NCBI GenBank assembly: GCA_951406725.2
Contig: OX597825.1
Location: 83,080,001 to 83,144,000 of the forward strand
Source: Octopus vulgaris
Lineage: Eukaryota
Direction of reading: 5' to 3'
Length of the DNA stretch: 64,000 bases
Below the pieces are notes generated by a model. The model made no database searches and was not told the DNA's origin. It saw nothing but the letters and a program-made list of their open reading frames with translations. Below, piece after piece: positions 52,853 through 64,000 of the stretch (its first letter is position 1; each line of letters opens with the position of its first letter). Position numbers and translations under genes: made by a program.

Positions 52853-53660
52853 TTGCTGGGATCGATTCATTCTAGTAAAAATTCTTGAAGGCGGTGCCCA
52901 AGCATGGCCGGATTCTAACACCAGAAACAAATAAAAGATAAACGCCAAGCGATGTCTAAAACCGAAACTAGAAACTGAGCAGCGTATTTTTGAACGCAGA
53001 GTTTATTCCTTCACAATCCGACATGTGCAGTTATTAACTGTATAATCATATGAGCCGTTGTTAGCTCTGTTTACCAAGGGGTAATTTCTTACAATAATTC
53101 GAATATTTCTTTTCACACATGCCTGTGTTTACTTTCAATTATTTTCCAAATTTTCCAAGAATAACAATAATGGTAACATATACCCAAACGGTTTGGCATT
53201 CTCTTTGAAAATCTGAGCAAGATGCTATCATAATAACCAGACAGTGAAGCTGATGATATTGTTATTCTCAAATGTTTTACACCTTAGTTTTGTATTAAAT
53301 TTGACAAACGTCCATGTATTCCTTGAATTTGCCATAACACATTTGGTCGCTTCTCAAGGAATTCATGCAATGAATGCGATGGCATGTATACCACATCGTT
53401 AGACAACAGCCAAACAAGAACAAACTGGATGTGGGGGTGGGGACTTGTAATGGTTCAAATCTTATCAAATCTAATACCATAATCAGTTGGTTGGAAATTT
53501 TGAGATAGGGTGACTCCAGACTGTCTGCTGCTTCCCAACCACATGATTCCGAGTTCAGTCTCGCTTCGCGGCACCTTGGTCAAGTGTCTTCTCCCATAGC
53601 TTGGCGCCAACCAAAGCCTTGTGAGTGGATTTGGCAAACGGATACTGAAAGAAGCTCGTC

Positions 53661-53715
<55 letters not shown>

Positions 53716-55285
53716 CTCTTTACTCGTTTTACTCTTTTACTTGTTTCAGTCATTTGACTGCGGCCATACTGGAGCAACGCCTTTAGTCGAGCAAATCAAC
53801 CCCAGGACTTATTCTTTGTAAGCTCAGTACTTATTCTATCAGTCTCTTTTGCCGTACCGCTAAGTTACGGGGACATACACACACCGGCATCGGTTGTCAA
53901 GCAATGCTACGGAGACAAACACCGACATACAAACATATACACGCACATACATATATATACATATATACGACGGGATTCTTTCAGTTTCCGCATACCAAAT
54001 CCATTCACAAGGTTTCTGCATCGATAAAATGACACCTCTACCCATATTTCCTTACTTCAAAAACCATTCTAACATTGATCTGCTGCACGTTCAACATCTT
54101 TTCTCTTCTCGTTTCTTCTCTTGCTCTCTCTTCCCTTTCTTCTCTCTTCTCTCTTTCCATTCTCTTTACCCCTTCATCATCACCGGTTTCTCCATCTCAT
54201 CCTTCTCTTTTTCTTCTTTTTCTTCTCTTCTCTTTCCTCTCCGTCATCTTCATCTTTGTTTTTTTTTTCTTTTTCCTCTTTCTTCCTCTTTCTCTTCGTC
54301 GTTCTTTTTTCACTATCCTGTTTTTCTTCGATTTCTGCTTCTTCTTCTTCTTCTTCTTGTTCTTCTTGTTCTTCTTCTTCTTCTTCTTCTTCTTCTTCTT
54401 CTTCTTCTTCTTCTTCTTCTTCTTCTTCTTCTTCTTCTTCTTCTTCTTCTTCTTCTTTCATTCATTCTTCTTCTTCTTCTTCTTCTTCTTCTTCTTCCTT
54501 CTTCTTCTTCTTCTTCTTCTTCTTCCATCCATTCATTCTTCTTCTTCTTCTTCTTCTTCTTCTTCTTCTTCTCCTCCTCTTCTTCTTCTTCTTCTTCTTC
54601 TTCTTCCATCCATTCATTCTTCTTCTTCTTCTTCTTCTTCTTCTTCTTCTTCTCTTCTTTTATCATATCATATTTCTATTGAATCTTCTCCAAACTTCTC
54701 CATCTCATCTACTTGTCTCTCCTTTTCTCCTCCTTGTCCCCTCTCTCTCTCTCCTTTTCTCTCTCCATCATCTTTATCTACATCTACACCTCGCGCTCTC
54801 CATCACGATTCCTCAACAGCTCTATGCGCTAACCTCCGGTTACTCTTACCGTCTCATCTCATCTCAAATAACACTTAAAACCTGTTAAAATGATTTCAAT
54901 CCCATTGTGTCATTTAGTATTCAGCTCAGCCATCTTGCCTCCGGCTAAGCATCGGTTCGATCGTTTAATCTTAGCCAACAATACAACATCTAACTATCCA
55001 AGAAACAAACGCATATTTTAGGTTCGTCGCTTACATCATACACAAACGCAGACGACCATTCACAAAAGCGCTCTCACAGTCACACACAAGGACGCACGAA
55101 TATCGTGAATAACGGTTGTGTGTGTGTGTGTACAGTCGACGAGAGAGAGAGAGAGAGAGAGAGGGGGGGTAAACAGGGTATGTGTGAGAGAGAAATAGAG
55201 AAGGTGGGAAATGTATGAAGGTAAGTAAAATAACAAGGACAATAAGGGACAATAATAAAGAAAATAATAACTAATAATCAAAATA

Positions 55286-55320
<35 letters not shown>

Positions 55321-55444
55321 AATGATAATAATAACAACAACAACAATAATAATAATAATAATTATAATAATAATAATAATAATAATGATGATGATGATGA
55401 TGATAATAATAATAATAATAATAAAAATAATAATAATAATGATG

Positions 55445-55590
<146 letters not shown>

Positions 55591-55601
55591 CGTTATTATT
55601 A

Positions 55602-55972
55602 TTGAGTGGGAGAACAGCGCATGACCCCGAAAGATGAAAGGGAAAGTCGACATCGGCGAATTTGAACTCAGAACGTAACGCAGTCAAAACACCGCTAAAC
55701 ATTTCGTCCGGCGTGCTAACGATTCTGCTAACTCACCGCCCTGCACATATCGTCAGTCAATGAGGGACATGCTCAATTGGTTAAGGTCAAACAACTGACA
55801 TGAAAATCTGTGGAATTGAGCAGAATATGTGCTGTAACGCATCTGCTGTACCAAGATAAAACAATGTACATGATAACACTTCCAATCACTTAAGATCAGA
55901 AGCCACGAGAGTCACTGTTTGGTACTACATCAGGGTATTTCGAGCCACTACCTGGTATTGCATAAGGGTATT
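55602..55972 (-). mobile_element. (TAA)n-associated element, copy 4, internally deleted and interrupted by a SINE
   Basis: 3' tip at 55602-55623, SINE-A fragment at 55624-55740, 5' part at 55742-55972 with the first ~30 nt duplicated. Confidence 0.75.
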
Positions 55973-55973
55973 A

Positions 55974-56027
<54 letters not shown>

Positions 56028-56029
<2 letters not shown>

Positions 56030-57022
56030 ATTTCACCCAGAGACCTCAAGAGACAACAAGTTAGAAGTTCATGTTGGTGTCATATATTAGGTTTTGCAGA
56101 AAGTATTGTTCTAGAGAATGTTTAAGAAAACAAAAAAATTACGTTTGTTTTAAAATTTGAGATTACATAGACAGTATTTTACATAGGATATGGGCAGTTT
56201 CCATGAGGACTATTTTTTGAATTTCTGCCAAATTTGGATTTCCTGGTATCTGAGTTGGGTAGCAATCGACCCCTTTTATCACTCCTAGGGCATCTATGAC
56301 AACAGGTATTGTTTTGACAATTTCTATTTCAAGATCTTTATACTTGCTCGGTTTTTGGTAGGTCTTGCCAGATAAATTTATGTTGATTGGGACAGTCATA
56401 TCAGTGAGGAGGCATGATTTTTGTCGGAAGTCTTTCAATATAATATCTGGCCTATTTGCATCTATCTTTCTGTGAGTTTGAATGATGAAGTTCCAGAGGA
56501 GTGAGATGTGGTCATTTTCAAGTACTTGGGGTGGTTTGTGCTCCCATCAGTTTTTATCAAGGGGTAAGTTCAAGGTTTTGCAAATTACCCAATGAATATA
56601 TTGTGCAGCTCTATCATGCCTATTGAGATACTCTTCAGGCGCAAGAAAGCTGTACTTGGAGACTACATGATCGATGGTTTCATTTTCTTGTTTATATACA
56701 CGACATGTTGGGCTACGGCCGTTCTTTTATATGTTGGCCTGGTAGCTCCTTATAGGTAGACACTGACTTTAGGCTGCTAAGGTAAACCCTTCTGTCTCCG
56801 ATTTTAAGCCAGAAGATACCATTCGTGGCTAAAGGCTTTGTCAACATCGGCATTAGTGGCTCTCTTTGGGTATTTGCCGTTGAGAGGCTTTTCTTGCCCT
56901 TTATCAATAAGAATATCTAAGGAAACAATTTTAGCACGGGTTTGGAATTCACTTAGATATTCCTTTGCCTCTTTTGTTACAGAGTATGATACTTTCTTGT
57001 TTTCATGGTTTTAGATAAGTTT
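56028..57022 (-). pseudogene. R4/Dong-clade (restriction-like endonuclease) LINE, 3' fragment
   Basis: Minus-strand translation with stops and frameshifts: LKSETEGF, CRVYKQENETIDH (decayed CCHC), RHDRAAQYIHW, ANRPDIILKD...DMTVP, KPSKYKDLEIEI, IPVVIDALG. The 3' end abuts (TAA)n. Confidence 0.9.
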
Positions 57023-57102
57023 TAACACCCGCGCATATGTACATATGTATATCCAAAAACCTTACGATTATTGAAAAATGAAAAGACACACACACACATA
57101 TA

Positions 57103-57168
<66 letters not shown>

Positions 57169-57348
57169 CACACATGCATATGTAATATATTTATATACGT
57201 ATATATACATACATATGTAATATATTTATATACATATATACATACATATATTATATATTTATAGGTATATATATATATATAATGTCATGTATATATATAT
57301 ATATATATATATACATATACATACAGACATATGTTATATATTTATATG

Positions 57349-57426
<78 letters not shown>

Positions 57427-59809
57427 ATATATGTATGTATACATAAGCATGCATAGTCTTTTGATTGTTTCAATAATCGTTGCGACGTTTCTCTTGTGCG
57501 TATCAGCAAACACTCTACTCTTTCTCTGTCGTATATCGATCTCCATTTTGAATCTGTAATGACGAAACGTGACGATTGGGACATTGACAACGATTAGTAA
57601 AACACAGCTCAGTCACTAAATTTATGTTAATCCAATAATCTTTTCTATTAACTCCATTTGCTCGCATACTGTTTTTTGAAGTTAAACATTGCAAATTCAT
57701 ATTGTTGTTGTTGTTCTTATTCTTTTTGTGTATACATTCTGTTTGCTTCAAAATGCCGCGGTGCATCTCTAAGTTGGTTGCTGTTTGATATGCTTTTGAT
57801 TTCTATACTAATTTCACCCGTTGGTCTCTAGTATTCTTTTACACCAAAAGATCAATAAAGTTCTCGGTTAAAAACTGCCACTGGAAAATCTTAGGATCCA
57901 TTAGCAAATATCAGCGAAGGAATGATCAGAAAAATAAGGAGGTGTTTTAGGTTTGGCCTTTGACTGTCCTGCACTGTTTTTTTAACAATGATTGAAGTGA
58001 AATGTGAAACTCCCTACGGCATCCAAATATCTTAATTATATTATCTCTGTGTCTCTGCCATTGTCTTCGCTATTTAAAGAAAAGGAAATTTCCAATAAGC
58101 AGAATGAGAGTATGTTTGAAACGAAAGACAAATAAACAGGCAGGGTTTTGCTAGAATCTTTAGAGTGTTCGAGCACAGAGTGGGCGGAATTCTTTGTGGT
58201 TTCTTGCATTTGAGTTTCAAGTTTCTCTGATGTCATCTTCACCTTTTATCATTTCGGGGTTAACAAAAGAAAGTATCGGTCGAGATCCGTAAGTTGGCAA
58301 TGAAGGACGCATTAGATATCTCCTTTGGCTGTTTTTCTTTGCGTCCTGAGTGGAAAACCCGTCGTGTTTCCTTTGCATGGTAGAATTAATCTGTGATCTG
58401 GTATAACACTAGTATCATGTCTTTTTCAGGCACTCAACAGTGAGGTCAGCTCTATTGCATGGTTATAGGTCACTTCTGAAGATCTCTTCTGCGCTTGCCA
58501 TCAGTTCGTGAAAATTTGTCTTGGTCGTTTGTCTTCTATGTTAAGCAAGCAATAAACTTATTATTATAACTCCGAATATAGTAGAAGACAAAATCGATTA
58601 ATTCAATCCAAGTACATGATTATATAGATCCCATATAAAAAGGAGAAAACGTCGATGCCGGATAGATTGGAGGCAAAACCAAAGTAGGCTTTAGGTTTAA
58701 AAATCAAGAACTGGATGATATTGAGGATGATGCCCGTCAGCAAAAGAGGTTATAGACGTTTCGACGACATCAATTAAATTATCGATGTGTGTTATGAAAT
58801 CTCCCGCTATGAATTTTCTCAGTTTCTTAATTCTTAAGTAGTTCAGTATGTGTTAAACCTTAGGGCAAACTTTATGCTGAATAAGCGCCAATATCTCTTG
58901 TGAATTATCTTTGATATTGCGACGGCATTGATGCTCAATGATAATGTATTAAAGAATTATTTCCTTTGGCGAAAGTCAGATCGCTATAAGATTCTGTTAT
59001 AATGTGAATGAACGTGTAAGCTTCATACATATTCACCTGGCGTTGGAAATGATTAAGCAAAAATATATCACTTAAATTGACAAAACTGCTTGGAATTAAA
59101 TATTGATTTCTGCAGCTTTAGAAAGAAAAAAAAAGACTAGAGTTAAATCATTTTTAAGACGATAATCACATAATTGGTACTTTTGTTAAAATTAATCTCA
59201 GTTGCAAATATGGAATCATGGGTAAATTTCTTATACAAATGTAAAAGCATAACAAATTTTGTAAATCATTATTGGGAAAAAGTATATATTAAATGCTTTC
59301 ATTACCATATAAGGTAAAAATTAAAAGCCACAAAACAAAACAATGTATGTATTCTTACTCTTTTACTCTTTTACTTGCTTCAGTCATTTGAGTGCAGCCA
59401 TGCTGGAGCACCACCTTTAGTCGAGCAGATCGACCCCAGGACGTATTCTTTGTAAGCTTAGTACTTATGCTATCGGTCTCTCTTGCCGAACCACAAAATT
59501 ACGGGGACGTAAACACACCAGCATCGGTGGGGGGACAAACACAGACACCCGCCCATATATATATATATATACGACGGGTTTTTCTTTCCTTGGATAAACC
59601 TTATCTGCTTCCCTCTTTACATTTTACATCATGACATTTCTGTGATACACGATCACTATTGATCTTTTTTTCTTTTCTTCTTTTTTTCCTTTCTACGATC
59701 CCTTTTGATCGAAAAACCAACCCCACATTTTTTTCTCTCCCCAAAAAGAAAATCTCTACTTTGTAATTCGTCCCGTCTGTGTCCATCCCCGTGTGGCTAA
59801 TAAGGAAAT

Positions 59810-59842
<33 letters not shown>

Positions 59843-59880
59843 GTCAATATCTATCTATCTATCAATATATATATATATAT

Positions 59881-59918
<38 letters not shown>

Positions 59919-60045
59919 TGTGTGTGTGTGTGTACATATATATATAGAGAGAGATAGACACACACGCATATATATATATATATAGATAGATAGATATAAA
60001 CTTATATTGTTACGTTTAAATTTATGTATACACCAAATATTAGTG

Positions 60046-60254
60046 TTTACTGTTTTACTGTTTTACTTGTTTCAGTCCTTTGACTGTGGCCATGCTGGAG
60101 CACGGCCTTTAGTCGAGCAAATCGACCCCGGACTTATTCTTTGTAAACCAGTACTTATTCTATCGTTCTCTTTTCCTAAGTGACGGGGACGGAAACACAC
60201 TAGCATCGGTTGTCAAGCAATGCTAGGGGGACAAACATAGACAAACAAACTCAT

Positions 60255-60309
<55 letters not shown>

Positions 60310-60500
60310 TACATATATAGACATATATATACATATATACGACAGGCTTCTTTCAGTTTCCGTCTACCAAATCCACTCACAAGGCATTGGTCGGCTCGAG
60401 GCTATAGCAGAAGACACTTGCCCAAGATGCCGCGCAGTGGGACTGAACCCGGAACCATGTGGTTGGTTAGCAAGCTATTTACCACACATCCACTCCTGCG
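60046..60500 (-). mobile_element. SINE family B, full length
   Basis: Colinear with the other copies. The internal microsatellite is expanded. Confidence 0.9.
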
Positions 60501-60557
60501 CCTAAATATTTATGCATATATTTATGCATATATATATATATGTATATGTACATGCAA

Positions 60558-60606
<49 letters not shown>

Positions 60607-61649
60607 TACGTGTGTGTGTGTGTGTGTGTGTTGTTATATTTGCGAAGTGTCGAGTGTCATGATTGATCGGTAAACTCTGCAAACAAACCCATCAGTTGTT
60701 CGTCAAGTGGCTTTCTGCTCCTTCTCTCTGCTCACTGAATATAGCAGCGATCCTACTCTAAAGCCGTTTTCAGCCGTTCTTCAAATGATGAAGTAAATAT
60801 TACATTGTGTGGTTTCAGATAAGCTATGGCTGTCTCTGATAGATGAGATTACCACGGATAATACATACGCCATGAAACTTGCTGCTTTGCAGTGGCTGAT
60901 ATACCAACGGAAAGTACCAACAGCATACACGAAGTGTCATTTCACTTTTGCTCTTAAATGTGTGTTAAAATAACTGAGCTTCTTGGACCTTCTTTGAGAT
61001 GATAAATCTGGAGGATCAGAGTTAAGCTGGGAATAAGCCACCACCAGAAAAATAATGATTATTTATAAAACTATTGTATAATGGAGATTTGGATATATTT
61101 CAGCGACTATATACCAACAGAGTAAAATCATATAATTAAGATCAGGAATAAAGTATGTTAAAAATTATAGTGACATAAAAGATAATTGGAAATCAGAATT
61201 TATGGGGTTTATTCTATGCTAGACATAAAAGCATTCCCTGCTAAAGAAGAATTGCAAAGTAACAATGAATTATAAATTATGAAAATGCGATAACTAAGAA
61301 AACACATCCTCAAATAATATTAATTGGTGGAACAGATTGTATCCTGAGATGATATGATATATTTTATATATTTATATATTTCAGTGGATATTTAGTAGTA
61401 GATAAACTTATATAACTGAGAAAAAAGAAGAAGGCGGTAAACTAGCAGAATCGCTAGCACAATGGAGAAAATACTTTCCGAGTTCAGATTCTACTGAAGT
61501 CACTGTGGCTGTCATCGATTCGGAGTAAATAAAATAAGTAACATTTGAGTCGATGCTATCGACTAACACTCTTCCTCGAAATTGCAGGCCTTGTGCCTAT
61601 AATAGAAAGGATAACAGAGAGAAAGGATAAAATGTTGTAAACTTATAAT

Positions 61650-62065
61650 CTCTTCTACTCTAGGCACAAGTCCCGAATTTTTTGGAGGGAGGAAAGAGGC
61701 CAGTTGATTAGATGACTCCAGTACGCAACTGGTAGTCAATTTATCGATCCCGAAAGGATGAATGGCAAAGTCGACCTCGGCGGAATTTGAACTCAGAACG
61801 TAAAGACAGTCAAAATACCGCTAACATTTTTTATTTCTTTACGCCCCACAAGGGGCTAAACATAAAGGCGACAAACAAGGACAGAGAAAGGGATTAAGTC
61901 GATTATATCGATCCTAGTGCGTAACTCGTACTTAATTTATCAACCCCGAAAGGATGAAAGGTAAAGTCGACCTCGGCGGAATTTGAACTCAGAACGTAAC
62001 GACAGACGAAATACCGCTAAGCATTTCGCCCGACGTGCTAACGTTTCTGCCAGCTCACTTCATTC
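61650..62065 (-). mobile_element. SINE family A, dimeric-body copy
   Basis: Reverse complement of the 8451 type. Flanked by AAAATG(T/A)TGTAAACTTATAAT direct repeats at 61629-61649 and 62066-62086. Confidence 0.85.
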
Positions 62066-63469
62066 AAAATGATGTAAACTTATAATGACGGAAAATGTAA
62101 TATCGCAATTGAAGTCGGGATGCAGTAATTAATGACTTTTGGGTTCGTTCCATAGCAGGTCTCTTTCAACATAATCAAGGCCCGTCCAAGACATTCGAGT
62201 AAATTATGGTAAACAGGAAATGTGTAGAATCCCATCCAAGGAACAGTTTATTCTCAGAGTGTAGAATTAATCAACCATCGAGTTTGACAGAACAACCTGG
62301 TTCTTAAGTGCCGCATTAGGAGTACTTGTATTAGATCACTGGTCTAGGATTATCTCCAGAGCACCTCGGCCCGAGTGTCAGGAATCGTTAAAAAGGATAA
62401 ATGAGGTTATGCATACTTGACTGGGTAAATGAAAAAGGCATAAAAACGTAGAGAATAAACAAATAAAATATGAAACTGGAAGTAGATTTCATAGATGAAC
62501 CATGAAGATGAATTTGAAGAATCAGTATGTAAAAGTGGGTAAAATTAAAGCAGCTCATTTTGGCAGCCACTCCACTGAGTCAAAATTTTGGCCTCAATGA
62601 CACACCTTTGATATTTCCCGAATCGATGAAATAAATACCAGTAATATACTACGTTGTGGCAAATGATATGTTTATGATTATAATCGATCGATGTTTTCAT
62701 GTTGATAATACAAATACTAAATAGACGTTAGTGAGTACGGGTTGACTATCCTGAACCAGCGATTAATTGGTAGGGGGAATCTATTTCGTAAGGTATCTTA
62801 CGAGCCTAATCAGTGAACGGAGAACTCCAGTTTTTCAGGATGTAGCGCTTGAAATGGATACATTGTGTGAATATCTCTACGAATTTTATCTCACTATCGC
62901 TTGATCAGAAAAAGAAACAGAGAGAAAAAAAAGAACATAAGTGCTAAAACATTTCAAGGTGGTTCCCAAACATGGCTGCAGTCCAATGACTGAAACAAGT
63001 ATAATACGAAAGATAAATGTTGTTAATTGTGAAACTAAATGTGTATGCGATAACAAAAAAAACTTGCGTCCGCAGTATATGCCTTGCGTCGTTTAGTTAA
63101 GAATCTTTGTATGCGGGATTATTAGCTTCAGTCGTAAATCTAAGACGCGAAATTCTGCACTACACCAACATCTGGCCATAATCTAAGAGTAAATATGAGC
63201 AGAAATTTGTGGATCTGAGCCAATTACTGGCTTAGTCATTAATTCGCAAGAGGGCTAACCAGTGAGTGAGAGGGAGATTATAATCGAGATTAAGAATGTA
63301 CGATAAGTTTCCAAAGTTTGATAGTGATAGAACCTGCTGTAGAAGTCTATATTTCCAGGTGAGATAAATTCCTTGGTAAAATTGGAAGAAAATTGGATCC
63401 GTTTATCTAAAGATTAATACAAGGATGGATTGGAACGAACTGAAATGAGAAAACAAGGAAAATTAACAT

Positions 63470-63679
63470 TGATTGATTGATTAATTGATTCTAGTTTCAA
63501 CTCACGAGCTGTGGCCATGCTGGGGCACCGCCATTTGGTGTTGCTACATGGTTTTTACTTCACGAATGCTTTTTAGCAATTGCCATTTGGTGCATGAGAG
63601 AGTTCGATGCAGCTGCCCTCATCTGCACCTCCTGCCGTGAAGTTGGTTCATCTGGGATACCTGACAAGAAGAGATCCAG
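63470..63679 (-). mobile_element. 3' end of CR1-group LINE (ORF2 C-terminus, 3' UTR, (AATC)n tail)
   Basis: 63679-63560 translates to LDLFLSGIPDEPTSRQEVQMRAAASNSLMHQMAIAKKHS*. Followed by GGCGGTGCCCCAGCATGGCCACAGCTCGTGAGTTGAAACTAG. A second, extremely 5'-truncated copy lies at 41295-41351. Confidence 0.75.
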
Positions 63680-64000
63680 TTTCATTTTATTTACTTTACT
63701 TTATTTATATTTGACGGATATTTGCCCTCTTAAACACTACGCCATATGCCTGTAGTTAAGAACGCGGGCTACTAGCCCCAAGATTCCGAGTTCAATTCTT
63801 ATAGACGACAGTTTTGATGCATTTTGTGCAATTATTACCATCGAAATTTTCGTTTTATTCATTAGATTCATATGTCAAAAGTAAGCTGCTTATTTTTTAT
63901 TACTCCAAGCGTATATTAAATGCACGTTTATTTCCGTACTGCATCAGTACTTATCATTAATCGTCATTTTGCTGAGAATTTTGAATAATATAGATGTGTC

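Noticed and set aside
63738-63800. tRNA gene
   Set aside because: It has a B box and anticodon-like arm but no acceptor stem pairing, so it is most likely a SINE head. The same applies to the heads of SINE families A, B and C.

Overview
AT-rich, microsatellite-saturated eukaryotic non-coding DNA. The SINE families and repeat landscape look like a coleoid cephalopod, probably Octopus (inference from family recognition, not a database search). I see no intact protein-coding gene, rRNA, true tRNA or CRISPR array. Almost all ORFs in the supplied track are translations of (TA)n, (CA)n, (TCTA)n, (TAA)n or (TCT)n tracts. The recognisable content is transposon debris: many copies of two tRNA-derived SINEs, CR1-, RTE- and R4/Dong-type LINE fragments, a decayed mariner, a MITE, two Helentron-type (HINE) copies and a ~560-bp (TAA)n-targeted element. 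The main find is a set of minimal type-I hammerhead ribozymes (HHRs) in several unrelated short elements, mostly abutting (TA)n. The best is a young 363-bp tandem-plus-inverted array (37473-38550) with three HHRs carrying a compensatory U3-A8 core and a palindromic helix III, typical of Penelope pseudo-LTR or retrozyme-like arrays. Several other families carry an extra A after A9. A few weak exon and regulatory candidates are noted. Repeat boundaries are approximate to within about 10 bp.
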